A stretch of 64,000 nucleotides of DNA from an uncultured Acidimicrobiia bacterium (GTDB lineage: Bacteria > Actinomycetota > Acidimicrobiia > Acidimicrobiales > Ilumatobacteraceae): positions 12,765 through 76,764 of the forward strand of contig CAVZPA010000005.1 of the NCBI GenBank assembly GCA_963776995.1. Direction: 5' to 3'. Within the stretch, counting starts at the first letter, position 1; each line of letters starts with the position of its first letter. The position numbers were made by a program, and so were the translations under genes. The notes under the pieces are model-generated. The model was not told the origin of the DNA and made no database searches. It saw nothing but the letters and a program-made list of their open reading frames with translations. Shown here in pieces: positions 47,346-56,613 of this stretch.

Positions 47346-48734
47346 GTGCGTCGAGCCGACCCCGGTTCGTTCCGCGACCCGCTGTCGCGGGTGTACATCG
47401 ACGACGACGGCGTGTGGCGCGGCCTGTCCAAGGAGGCCTTGGCCGACTACGAGGCACTCGCCGAGTCCCGCTTCTTCCAGGAGGCCATGGCACGCGGCGA
47501 CATCGTCGGCACCGAGCGCGTCGACGGCGAGTGGTCGCTGCCCGGGGATTGGGCCGCCGCGCTGCGCCACGAGCGCATCGAGGTCCTCTCGTACCCGTAC
47601 GAGTGGCCCTTCGAGATGCTCCGCGACGCCGCCCTCCTGCAGCTGGCGCTCACCCGCGGCGCGCTGGCCGATGGCCTGATCACGAAGGACGCCTCGTCGT
47701 ACAACGTGCAGTTCGTCGGTGCCAGGCCGGTGTTCATCGACGTCGGGTCGTTCGAGCGGTTGCGCGGCGGCGAGCCGTGGCCGGGCTACCGCCAGTTCTG
47801 CGAGCTGTTCCTCAATCCGCTGCTCGTCCAGGCGCTGCTCGACGTGCCGTTCCAGCCGCTGCTGCGCGGCAGCGTCCACGGCATCTCGCCGACCACGGCC
47901 GCCGACCTGCTGCGCCACGAGGGCCGCTTCACGAAGGGCGTCTTCACCCACGTCAAGCTGCACGCCAGAGCGGAGCGCCGATACGCCGACGCCGACCGCG
48001 AGCACGACGTCAAAGCGGAGCTGCAACGAGCCGGGTTCGGCCCCGGGCTGATCGATGCCCAGTTGAAGAACCTCGAGAAGGCGATCACCAAGCTGGAGTG
48101 GGGCGCCCAGCGGTCGACGTGGTCCGAGTACTCCGATCGCGCCCATTACGACGAGGGCGACCTGCGGGCCAAGGAGCGCTTCGTCAGCTCCGCCGTGGCG
48201 ACCGTCGCGCCGCGCCGCGTGCTCGACCTGGGTGCCAACGACGGCCACTTCTCGCGCCTCGCCCTGCAGGCCGGGGCGGCGTCCGTGGTCGCCGTCGACT
48301 CCGACGACCTCGTCGTCGACCGGCTGTACCGGGATCTCCGCCGCGACGGCGAGCGCCGCGTCCTGCCGTTGGTGGTCGACCTCTCGGATCCGTCGCCCGG
48401 CCTCGGCTGGCGGTCCCGGGAGCGCCTGCCGTTCCTCGAGCGGATCCGCCCGGACCTCGTGCTGTGCCTGGCCGTCGTCCACCACCTGGCCCTCACCAAC
48501 ACCGTCCCGCTCGAGGAGATCGTCGCCTTCCTGCGCGACTTCGCCGCTCCACTCGTCGTCGAGTTCCCGCACCGCGACGACGTCATGGCCTCCCGTCTGC
48601 TGGCCCGCAAGCGGACCGGTGTGTTCGACGCCTACGACCGCGAGCACTGGGAGCGGGCGCTGGCCGCCCGCTTCACGGTCGGCGCCACCGAGACCATTGG
48701 AACGCGCACGTTGTACCGCTGCGACCCGGCCTGA
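47346..48734 (+). CDS. Two-domain protein: kinase-like N-terminal region fused to a class I SAM-dependent methyltransferase
   Basis: The N-terminal half has ITKDASSYNVQF and VFIDVGSFE, which resemble D-x4-N and D-x-G kinase-fold loops. The C-terminal half has VLDLGANDGHFS (SAM motif I) and VAVDSD. Confidence 0.75.
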   Translation: MRRADPGSFRDPLSRVYIDDDGVWRGLSKEALADYEALAESRFFQEAMARGDIVGTERVDGEWSLPGDWAAALRHERIEVLSYPYEWPFEMLRDAALLQLALTRGALADGLITKDASSYNVQFVGARPVFIDVGSFERLRGGEPWPGYRQFCELFLNPLLVQALLDVPFQPLLRGSVHGISPTTAADLLRHEGRFTKGVFTHVKLHARAERRYADADREHDVKAELQRAGFGPGLIDAQLKNLEKAITKLEWGAQRSTWSEYSDRAHYDEGDLRAKERFVSSAVATVAPRRVLDLGANDGHFSRLALQAGAASVVAVDSDDLVVDRLYRDLRRDGERRVLPLVVDLSDPSPGLGWRSRERLPFLERIRPDLVLCLAVVHHLALTNTVPLEEIVAFLRDFAAPLVVEFPHRDDVMASRLLARKRTGVFDAYDREHWERALAARFTVGATETIGTRTLYRCDPA

Positions 48735-48739
48735 TCCCG

Positions 48740-50824
48740 TCAGGACGCCGGACGCAGGGTGACGTCGCCGCCGTCGCCGGTCACCTCGTACAGCTCGACC
48801 TCGTTGCGCCCCTCGACGTAGCGGTCGGCGACGTAGCCGGTGAAGTCCCAGCCGCCGTCGCTCGGGCGATAGCCGCCGACGACCCCGGCGATCGTTCCGT
48901 TGACCGCGGCGAGCAGTTCCGGGGGGTTCGCCGGCCCGGTCACTCGGCCGGCGAGGACGAACGGCAACTCACCGTCGTCGGTCGGCAGCGCCGCCAGCTC
49001 GTCGGCCTGGTCGAGCGTGGCGGACCACTCGCTCGGTGCTCCGACGTCATGCTCGGCGACCTCGGTCCCGACGAGGTCGCCGTGCTCGCCGACGGCGGCC
49101 AGGGCCATCCAGTCGTCACCGTGGGGGAACTGCTCGGCGCGCCGGGCGGCGATGGCGATCGCCGCCTCGACGTCGGTCGACACCTTCGGTCGGGTGTGCG
49201 CCGCGCTGCCGTCGAACAGCGAGTGGCCGTCGAGCTCCCAGTCGACGTCGGCGTCGAGGAGGTCGATGATCGACGGCAGCACGTCGAGGTTCTGGGCGCT
49301 GTCGTCGCGGACCTCGCCCGTGAGCTGTCCGGGCGCCTTGATGAACAGCGGCACCCGGTAGACCTCCTCACGGTTGGCGTCGGTGACGTGCATCCGCCCG
49401 ATGTCCGGTGGCGTGAGGTTGGTGCCATGGTCGGAGGTGACCACGAGCAGGGTGTCCTCCCAACCCGGCGATGCCCGGAGGTGGTCGACGAGCTCACCGA
49501 CGAGGGTGTCGGCGGCGCCGACCTGCATGCTGTGCAGCTGGTACTCCATGCGCGCGCCGAACTGGTACCCGGGGGCGTCCGGATCGGTGATCAGCTCCGG
49601 CGCGAACGACGTCCCGACACCCGTGCGGGAGAGGACCCACGGACGATGCGGCAGGGCGACGTGGACGACGTGGAGAGCCGGCGAGCCGTCGATCGCCGCG
49701 GTCATCTCGCGCAGCACTCCGGCCTGGCCGAGTGGGCTGCGCTCAGCGGCCGCCAGCCCCTGCCACTTGGCGTAGGCCTGCTCGATCAGGGAGTCGCCCT
49801 GCGACCCGTCGGCGGCCGCGCCGGCCTCCTGGCGCACCAGGTCGTCACTGCCGTCGGCGTCCTCGGCCCCGTACGCGCCCCACGAGTTGTCGATCGCCGG
49901 CAAGCCGTCGCGCAGCTCCTCCGGCAGGACGCGGTGGCCGTAGACGACGGTGGCGTCCTCGATCGCCTGCCGCAGCGGCTGGCGGGGCGGCGGTTCGCAC
50001 ACCGTCGGCGGGCACAGGTCGGTCACCGACTCGTAGCGGTGCACCGGGACGTCATGACCGAGCAACGTGAACAGGTTGCGCGGATGGTCGGCGGCCGTGG
50101 GCAGCACGTCGCCCTCGGCCAGCCGCCCATCGAGGATCGACGGGACGGCCCGGTGCGTCAGGTTGTACTGGCTGGAAGCGTTGCGGAACCACGTGCTCAC
50201 CGCCGCCAGCTCGGCGAAGCCCGGGTACCGCTCCTCGTTCAGCGATCCGTCGGCGCGCATCAGCGTCGCCGCCGGCAGCTCGTCGAGCACGACGAGCACG
50301 ACCGGGCCGTCGAGCGGCGGAACGACGACCTCACCCTCGTCGGCAGCGGGTCCGCCGGCGATCAGCTCCGACGTCTCGCTGAGGAAGATGAAGGAGCCGA
50401 CGAAGAACAGGTTGGCCACGGCGAGGTAGGAGACGAACAGCTGCATCCCCCGCCGGCGGACGACGAGCACCGCCGCGCCCACGCCGAGCAGCACGGCGAC
50501 CACGGCGACGACGACCACGCGGTCGACACCCAACGTGCGCAGCAGGCCGAGGGCGAACGCCGTGGCCAGGGCGGCCGCCACGACACCGAAGACGACGGTG
50601 CCGAGGCGACGGTCGATGAGCGTGGCCAGGACCGTGACGGCGATGCCGGCGAGTGCCGGCACGACGGCGATGAGCACGGCGAACCACACGATCTGGCTGG
50701 AGCTGTAGTTGCCGGCGACGAAGAACTCGGGGTTGCGGCCGAACAGGTCGAGCAGCGGCTGGGTGACCGCCAGCCCGCTCAGGCCGAGGATGGCGAACGC
50801 CCTCGTGCGCAGCTCGCCCCTCAC
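48740..50824 (-). CDS. LtaS/sulfatase-like membrane-anchored phosphotransferase (alkaline phosphatase superfamily)
   Basis: GTG at 50824. About 5 N-terminal TM helices, then VVLVVLDELPAATL... and ...LLVVTSDHGTN (sulfatase/LtaS metal-site-like motifs). Confidence 0.8.
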   Translation of the reverse strand: MRGELRTRAFAILGLSGLAVTQPLLDLFGRNPEFFVAGNYSSSQIVWFAVLIAVVPALAGIAVTVLATLIDRRLGTVVFGVVAAALATAFALGLLRTLGVDRVVVVAVVAVLLGVGAAVLVVRRRGMQLFVSYLAVANLFFVGSFIFLSETSELIAGGPAADEGEVVVPPLDGPVVLVVLDELPAATLMRADGSLNEERYPGFAELAAVSTWFRNASSQYNLTHRAVPSILDGRLAEGDVLPTAADHPRNLFTLLGHDVPVHRYESVTDLCPPTVCEPPPRQPLRQAIEDATVVYGHRVLPEELRDGLPAIDNSWGAYGAEDADGSDDLVRQEAGAAADGSQGDSLIEQAYAKWQGLAAAERSPLGQAGVLREMTAAIDGSPALHVVHVALPHRPWVLSRTGVGTSFAPELITDPDAPGYQFGARMEYQLHSMQVGAADTLVGELVDHLRASPGWEDTLLVVTSDHGTNLTPPDIGRMHVTDANREEVYRVPLFIKAPGQLTGEVRDDSAQNLDVLPSIIDLLDADVDWELDGHSLFDGSAAHTRPKVSTDVEAAIAIAARRAEQFPHGDDWMALAAVGEHGDLVGTEVAEHDVGAPSEWSATLDQADELAALPTDDGELPFVLAGRVTGPANPPELLAAVNGTIAGVVGGYRPSDGGWDFTGYVADRYVEGRNEVELYEVTGDGGDVTLRPAS

Positions 50825-50875
50825 GGCGTCGCAAGCTATCGGCGGGCCCGACCGCCGGGCCGTCACCTCCCGACG

Positions 50876-50925
50876 TTCGTCCTGTCCTTCGTCACCGGCC
50901 CGATCCGGCCGATCGGGACGGACAC
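50876..50925. repeat. Palindromic intergenic element, copy C (degenerate)
   Basis: TTCGTCCTGTCCTTCGTCACCGGCCCGATCCGGCCGATCGGGACGGACACG shares the GTCCT...CGGCCCGATC...GGAC framework of copies A and B. Confidence 0.6.
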
Positions 50926-50985
50926 GACCTGGCCCCAGGCATCGGCCATCTCGATCGGCGGCGGGAGGCCCTAACATGACTCACC

Positions 50986-51450
50986 ATGGCGACCGGCGGA
51001 CGGACCATCCGCAACCTTGGCGTGCCGCCGCGGCTCGCCCGTCGCGGCGACGGTGTCGTCGTGACCGCCACTGCGGCGCCCCCGTCGACCCGCTCCGGCG
51101 GTGACATCCTCATGCGCCGCCTCCTGCGGCTGCCGGTCGACGCGCCTCCCGGTTCGGCCGAGGGCGCGCGCAAGGCCTTCCAGACCTCGATGCTGGTGGC
51201 CACCGTCCGCTGTCTGCTGATGTACCTCGTGTTCCCGTTCGTCCTTCCGGCGATCGGGGTGGCCCGGGGCGTCGGCCCGTTCATCGGGTTGGCGATCAAC
51301 CTCGCAGCGATGGTGTGCATCGTGATGAGCATGCGGCGGTTCTGGCGGGCCGACCACCCGAAGCGCTGGTGGTACGGCGCGCTCGGAGGCACGGTGTTCG
51401 TGTTCCTCGTCGTGCTCGCCGTGCAGGACTTCGCGAGCATCGTGAGCTGA
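50986..51450 (+). CDS. Hypothetical membrane protein (3-4 TM)
   Basis: The hydrophobic C-terminal two-thirds (LMYLVFPFVLPAIGV..., LAINLAAMVCIVM..., GGTVFVFLVVLAV) suggests a membrane protein. The start is uncertain. Confidence 0.55.
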   Translation: MATGGRTIRNLGVPPRLARRGDGVVVTATAAPPSTRSGGDILMRRLLRLPVDAPPGSAEGARKAFQTSMLVATVRCLLMYLVFPFVLPAIGVARGVGPFIGLAINLAAMVCIVMSMRRFWRADHPKRWWYGALGGTVFVFLVVLAVQDFASIVS

Positions 51451-51480
51451 TCGTCCCGCCTTCGGGTTGCAGTGCCCGAT

Positions 51481-51500
51481 CCGTTAGGGGTACCTTACGG
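51481..51500. promoter_or_regulatory. 8-4-8 inverted repeat CCGTTAGG-GGTA-CCTTACGG immediately upstream of bfd
   Basis: Read directly. The half-sites match 7 of 8 as reverse complements. It ends 5 nt before the bfd ATG. The TTAGG half-site resembles IdeR/DtxR-type boxes. Confidence 0.35.
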
Positions 51501-51505
51501 CCGTA

Positions 51506-51712
51506 ATGGCGCTGGTGTGTCTCTGTCACGGGATCGGCGAACGCCGCGTCCGCCGGGAGATCGAACACGGTGCCCGGACCATCGAGGAGATCGCCGAGCG
51601 CTGCCACGCCGGGAGCTGCTGCTACGGCTGCCACCCGACGCTCGACGCATTGCTCGCCGAGCACGAGCAGATCGTCGCGGAGCCGCGGCGCCGCCGTTTG
51701 CGCATCGCGTGA
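51506..51712 (+). CDS. bfd: Bacterioferritin-associated ferredoxin (BFD-like [2Fe-2S] domain)
   Basis: Cys pattern CLCHGI...CHAGSCCYGCHP; sits immediately upstream of bfr. Confidence 0.88.
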   Translation: MALVCLCHGIGERRVRREIEHGARTIEEIAERCHAGSCCYGCHPTLDALLAEHEQIVAEPRRRRLRIA

Positions 51713-51778
51713 GGACAGCCGCTGCCGCGGCGAAGACCATGAGCGCCGGGGCGCATGCGTGCGCCTAGGGTGGCGCAG

Positions 51779-52249
51779 ATGCACGGCGATCCGGAGATCA
51801 TCGACCTGCTCAACGACGTCCTCACGGCGGAGCTCACCGCCATCAACCAGTACTTCATCCACGCCAAGATGTGCGAGAACTGGGGCTACCACCGCCTCGC
51901 CTCCCACGGTCGTGACGAGTCGATCGAGGAGATGAAGCACGCCGAGATGGTCATCGATCGGATCCTCTACTTCGACGGCGTGGCGAACATGCAGCGGCTG
52001 TTCCCGGTCCGCGTCGGCGAGACGGTCGCCGAGCAACTGCAGCTCGACCTGGAGGTCGAGTACGCAGCCGTGGAGCGGCTCAACAGCGGCATCGCCACGG
52101 CCGTCGCCAAGGGTGACAACGGCACGCGCGAGCTGCTGGCCGGGATCCTCGTGTCCGAGGAGGAGCACATCGACTGGATCGAGACCCAGCAGGAGACGAT
52201 CCGCCAGATCGGGATCGAGCAGTACCTGGCCCAGCAGCTCCACGACTGA
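51779..52249 (+). CDS. bfr: Bacterioferritin
   Basis: MHGDPEIIDLLNDVLTAELTAINQYFIHAKM...EEMKHAE...EEEHIDWIE ferroxidase-centre pattern. ATG at 51779 is preferred over 51755. Confidence 0.95.
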   Translation: MHGDPEIIDLLNDVLTAELTAINQYFIHAKMCENWGYHRLASHGRDESIEEMKHAEMVIDRILYFDGVANMQRLFPVRVGETVAEQLQLDLEVEYAAVERLNSGIATAVAKGDNGTRELLAGILVSEEEHIDWIETQQETIRQIGIEQYLAQQLHD

Positions 52250-52351
52250 GGTCGCGGACACGCAGTCGGGTGGGTTTGCCGCCCTCGCGTTCAGGCGTGA
52301 CATGATGGCCGGCCGGGGGAGACGACCGCATTCCTCAAAGGGGGGCCATCA

Positions 52352-52807
52352 GTGGAGATCAGCGTCACCGTCAACGGCACGGCTCACACCCATGACGTCG
52401 AGCCGCGCACGCTGCTCGTGCACTACATCCGCGAACAGGTCGGGTTGACCGGCACCAACATCGGGTGCGACACGTCGTCGTGCGGGGCCTGCACGCTGCA
52501 CATCGACGGTGAGTCGGTGAAGAGCTGCACCGTCCTGGCCGTGCAGGCCGACGGTGCGGACATCACCACCATCGAGGGCCTGGCCACCGACGGCGAGCTG
52601 CACCCGATGCAGCGGGCGTTCATGGAGAACCACGGCCTCCAGTGCGGGTACTGCACGCCGGGCATGGTGATGGCCGCGACCAGCCTCCTGCAGGAGAACC
52701 CCCATCCGACCGAGCGCGAGGTGCGCATCGGGTTGGAGGGCAACCTCTGCCGCTGCACGGGCTATCACAACATCGTGTTGGCGGTCCTCGCCGCGGCCGA
52801 CGCCTGA
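52352..52807 (+). CDS. [2Fe-2S]-binding small subunit of a xanthine dehydrogenase family enzyme (CoxS-like)
   Basis: [12 protein letters not shown] and CGYCTPGM...CRCTGY cluster motifs. Confidence 0.95.
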   Translation: MEISVTVNGTAHTHDVEPRTLLVHYIREQVGLTGTNIGCDTSSCGACTLHIDGESVKSCTVLAVQADGADITTIEGLATDGELHPMQRAFMENHGLQCGYCTPGMVMAATSLLQENPHPTEREVRIGLEGNLCRCTGYHNIVLAVLAAADA

Positions 52808-52893
52808 CCGGGGGTCGCACCCGTGACCACCACCGAAGCCGCTCCCGGCGCCGGCGTGCCATCCACCACTCCCAGCACACATGGAGGACCGAC

Positions 52894-53718
52894 ATGATCC
52901 CCGCCGCCTTCGACTACGTCCGGGCCGGCTCGGCCGAGGAGGCCATCAGCCTGATCGGCCAGCACGGCGACGAGGCCAAGTTCCTGGCCGGCGGCCACAG
53001 CCTCCTGCCGCTCATGAAGCTGCGTCTGGCCCAGCCGAGCGTGCTGGTCGACATCGGACGGCTGCAGGATCTGTCCTACATCCGCGACGCCGGCGACCAC
53101 ATCGCCATCGGCGCGCTGACCAGGCACATGGACATCGAGCGCTCCGATGTCCTTGCCGAGCACGTCCCGCTGCTCGCCCACGCCGCCAGCCACGTCGGCG
53201 ACCCCCAGGTGCGCCACCGCGGGACGATCGGCGGGTCGATCGCCCATGCCGACCCGGCGTCGGACCTGCCGGCGACGACACTGGCTCTCGGCGCCACCTA
53301 CGTCGCCCAGGGACCCAACGGCACCCGGGAGATCGCGGCCGCCGACTTCTTCGAGAGCTTCCTGACGTCGACGCTCGCGGCGGACGAGCTGCTGACCGAG
53401 ATCCGCGTGCCCAAGATGCAGGGCGCCGGGTGGAGCTTCCAGAAGTTCAACCGGCGGGCCCAGGACTGGGCGATCGTCGGCGTGGCGGCGTGGCGGCGGG
53501 ACGGTCAGGCGGGTGTCGGGCTGGTCAACATGGGTTCGACGCCGATCCTCGCCAGCAGCGTGGTGTCGGCGCTCGCCGGCGGGGCGTCGGCCACCGACGC
53601 CGCCGAGCAGGCCGCCGCCGAGGCCGACCCCCAGGCCGACCTCAACGCCAGCGTCGAGTACCGCGTCCACCTGGCCAAGGTCCTCACCCGCCGCGCCCTC
53701 GAGGCCGCCAGCACGTGA
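52894..53718 (+). CDS. FAD-binding medium subunit of a xanthine dehydrogenase family enzyme (CoxM-like)
   Basis: GGAGGA RBS. MIPAAFDY.R..S..EA...L......KFLAGGHSLLP.MKLRL pattern. Confidence 0.93.
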   Translation: MIPAAFDYVRAGSAEEAISLIGQHGDEAKFLAGGHSLLPLMKLRLAQPSVLVDIGRLQDLSYIRDAGDHIAIGALTRHMDIERSDVLAEHVPLLAHAASHVGDPQVRHRGTIGGSIAHADPASDLPATTLALGATYVAQGPNGTREIAAADFFESFLTSTLAADELLTEIRVPKMQGAGWSFQKFNRRAQDWAIVGVAAWRRDGQAGVGLVNMGSTPILASSVVSALAGGASATDAAEQAAAEADPQADLNASVEYRVHLAKVLTRRALEAAST

Positions 53719-53791
53719 GTTTCTGACGCTCCTCGCTCCCGCTGCGCGGGACGAGGTCTCCGGAGAACCGGGCGGCGCACCGCCGCCCGGT

Positions 53792-54517
53792 TCACAGCAG
53801 CGCTTGGTAGGAGCCGCCGTCGACGTGGATCTGGGCGCCGGTGAGGAACCCGGCCTGCTCGCCGCAGAGGAAGGCGACGATGGCACCGAAGTCGTCGGCG
53901 TCGCCCATCCGCATCTCGTCGGCCGCCGAGCCGTACAGCGAGGTGACCCGGTTCGTACGGTGGAGGCCCGGCTGCACCGAGTTGACCGTCACGCCGTCCT
54001 CGGCGACCTCACGGGCCATCGTCTTGAGGAACCCGGTGGCCCCGGCGCGTGCCGTGTTGGAGAGGATCAGCTGGAGGATCGGTTGGCGCACGGCCACGGA
54101 GGTGATCGCCACGACGCGGCCCCACCCCTGCGCCTGCATCGGCGGCACCGCGGCCTTGCACATCGCCACGACCGACATCAGGTTGAGGTCGATGGCCGGC
54201 GGATAGGCGTCGACGTCGGTCGATGCGAAGTCGCCGGGAGGCGGACCGCCGGCATTGGTCACGAGGATGTCGATCCCGCCGAGGGCCTCGTTGGCCGCGC
54301 CGACGAAGGACGAGCCCCCGGCGGCCCCGGCGACGTCGCACACGAGCGCGATGCACCCGTTCCCGACGGCCGCTGCAGCGTCCTCGATGCGCCCCTGGTC
54401 GCGGCCGCAGATGGCGACCGTCACGCCCTCGGCGGCGAGGGCCTTCGCCGACGCCAGACCCAACCCGCTCGATGCCGCAGCGACCGCGGCCCGGCGGCCC
54501 GAGATTCCCAGCTCCAT
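53792..54517 (-). CDS. SDR family oxidoreductase
   Basis: AASSGLGLA cofactor motif, NAGG; 241 aa. Confidence 0.85.
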   Translation of the reverse strand: MELGISGRRAAVAAASSGLGLASAKALAAEGVTVAICGRDQGRIEDAAAAVGNGCIALVCDVAGAAGGSSFVGAANEALGGIDILVTNAGGPPPGDFASTDVDAYPPAIDLNLMSVVAMCKAAVPPMQAQGWGRVVAITSVAVRQPILQLILSNTARAGATGFLKTMAREVAEDGVTVNSVQPGLHRTNRVTSLYGSAADEMRMGDADDFGAIVAFLCGEQAGFLTGAQIHVDGGSYQALL

Positions 54518-54582
54518 GGCAGCACCGTAGATGAGGCCGGGACCGGGCGTCGCCGCCTGCGGCGCCGGTACTGTGCAACGCC

Positions 54583-55080
54583 GTGACCGGCCCGTTCGAC
54601 GACCTCCTGGCCGCCAACCGGCGCTTCGCCGAGACGTTCACGCTGCGCGGCTTCGACGGCGTCGCCCACGCCGGCGTCGCCATCGTGACGTGCATGGACT
54701 CGCGCATCGACCCGCTGCGCATGGTCGGCCTCCAGCCCGGCGACGCCAAGATCTTCCGCAACCCGGGTGGCCGGGTGACGGACGCCGCGCTGGAGGCCCT
54801 CGTACTCGGCGTGCACCTGCTGCGCGTCGACCGGATCCTCGTCGTGCCGCACACGAGGTGCGCGATGGCCGCGTACACCGAGGACGAGCTGCGGTCGGCG
54901 ATCTCCGCTTCCAGCGGGCAGGACGCCTCGTGGCAGTCATTCGCCGTGATCGACGATCAGCTCGCCGCCCTCCAGGAGGACGTCAAGATCCTCCGGACGC
55001 ACCCCCTCATCCCCGACACGGTCGCCATCGGCGGGTTCCTCTACGACGTCGACACCGGGTTGATCGAGCACGAGGTCTGA
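54583..55080 (+). CDS. Beta-class carbonic anhydrase
   Basis: CMDSR and HTRCA zinc-ligand motifs; 165 aa. Confidence 0.88.
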   Translation: MTGPFDDLLAANRRFAETFTLRGFDGVAHAGVAIVTCMDSRIDPLRMVGLQPGDAKIFRNPGGRVTDAALEALVLGVHLLRVDRILVVPHTRCAMAAYTEDELRSAISASSGQDASWQSFAVIDDQLAALQEDVKILRTHPLIPDTVAIGGFLYDVDTGLIEHEV

Positions 55081-55085
55081 GCCCC

Positions 55086-56510
55086 GTGAGGAGCGACGAG
55101 GACTTCGACCGCCGGCACCTCGACGCCATCGCCGACGCCGAGCTGGCGCCGTACTGGTACGAGGACGTCGACGAGCCGGACTCCAACCCGACGCTCGTGC
55201 GCAACGAGAGCTGCGACCTGTGCGTGATCGGCGGCGGCTACACCGGGCTGTGGACGGCGATCATCGCCAAGGAGCGCGATCCGTCGCGTGACGTCGTGCT
55301 GATCGACGCCGGCGAGATCGGCTCCGCCGCCAGCGGGCGCAACGGCGGGTTCATGGAGTCCAGCCTGACCCACGGCATCGCCAACGGCCAGCAGCGCTTC
55401 CCCGACGAGATCGAGCTGCTCGAGCAGCTCGGCCTGGAGAACCTCGACGCCATCGAGAACGCCATCCACCGCTACGACATCGACTGCGACTTCGAGCGCC
55501 CCGGGGTCATCGACGTGGCGACGACGGCGCACCCCCCGAGCTACCTCGACGAGCTCCGCGACGACGCCATCCAGCTGCGGCGGCTGGGTCAGGACGCCCG
55601 CTGGCTGGATGCCGAGGCGATGCGCGCCGAGGTCGACTCACCGACCTACGTGGGCGGGCTGTGGCGCATCGGCCGCGCCGCGCTCGTCGACCCCGCCCGC
55701 TTGGCGTGGGGGCTGAAGTCGGCCGCCGAGCGCCTCGGCGTGCGCATCTACGAGGACACCAAGGCGACGAAGCTCGACCGCGACGGGGTCGGTGTGCTGG
55801 TGACGACCCCGCTGGCCAACGTCCGGGCGGCCCGCGTGGCGCTCGGCACGAACGCCTTCCGGCCATTGCTGCGGCGCCTGCGTCACTACATCGCCCCGGT
55901 CTACGACTACTGCATGGTGACCGAGCCCCTGACCGCCGAGCAGCTGGCGACGATCGGCTGGCCCAACCGCCAGGGCCTGTCCGACATCCCCAACCAGTTC
56001 CACTACTACCGCTTGACCGAGGACAACCGGATCCTGTGGGGCGGTTACGACACCGTCTACTACTTCCGGGGCAAGGTCTCGGCGGAGTTGGAGAGCCGGC
56101 CGGCGACGTGGGCCAAGCTCAGCCAGCACTTCTTCCAGACCTTCCCGCAGCTCGACGGGGTGCGCTTCAGCCACATCTGGGGTGGCGTCATCGACACCTG
56201 CAGTCGCTTCTGCGTGTTCTGGGGCACGGCGAAGTCCGGGCGGGTCGCCTATGCCCTGGGGTACACGGGCCTCGGCGTGGCGTCGACCCGCTTCGGTGCC
56301 GACGTGATGCTCGACCTGCTCGACGGCCGGCGCAGCGTCGCCACGTCCACGGACTTCGTCCGGGACAAGCCGGTGCCGTTCCCCCCGGAACCGTTCCGCT
56401 TCGCCGGCATCCAGGCGACCCGCTGGTCGCTCGACCGGGAGGACCGCACCGGCAAGCGCAACCTCTGGTTGCGCGCCCTCGACCACCTCGGCCTCGGCTT
56501 CGACAGCTGA
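55086..56510 (+). CDS. FAD-dependent oxidoreductase (DAO family)
   Basis: GTG at 55086. Dinucleotide-binding motif CVIGGGYTGLWTA. Confidence 0.85.
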   Translation: MRSDEDFDRRHLDAIADAELAPYWYEDVDEPDSNPTLVRNESCDLCVIGGGYTGLWTAIIAKERDPSRDVVLIDAGEIGSAASGRNGGFMESSLTHGIANGQQRFPDEIELLEQLGLENLDAIENAIHRYDIDCDFERPGVIDVATTAHPPSYLDELRDDAIQLRRLGQDARWLDAEAMRAEVDSPTYVGGLWRIGRAALVDPARLAWGLKSAAERLGVRIYEDTKATKLDRDGVGVLVTTPLANVRAARVALGTNAFRPLLRRLRHYIAPVYDYCMVTEPLTAEQLATIGWPNRQGLSDIPNQFHYYRLTEDNRILWGGYDTVYYFRGKVSAELESRPATWAKLSQHFFQTFPQLDGVRFSHIWGGVIDTCSRFCVFWGTAKSGRVAYALGYTGLGVASTRFGADVMLDLLDGRRSVATSTDFVRDKPVPFPPEPFRFAGIQATRWSLDREDRTGKRNLWLRALDHLGLGFDS

Positions 56511-56545
56511 CCGCTCCCCCGCGTCCCCCGGTCCTCCCCGTCCTC

Positions 56546-56612
56546 CTCATCCGAGTGTTTGCGGCCGACGGAGTGCCTGCGGCGGGGACGTCCCGCAGCA
56601 GGCACTCGGATC
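56546..56612 (+). repeat. Hairpin repeat family 2, copy a (contains the 10-bp stem GAGTGCCTGC/GCAGGCACTC)
   Basis: CTCATCCGAGTGTTTGCGGCCGACGGAGTGCCTGCGGCGGGGACGTCCCGCAGCAGGCACTCGGATC. It lies between two convergent genes. Confidence 0.85.
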
Positions 56613-56613
56613 A

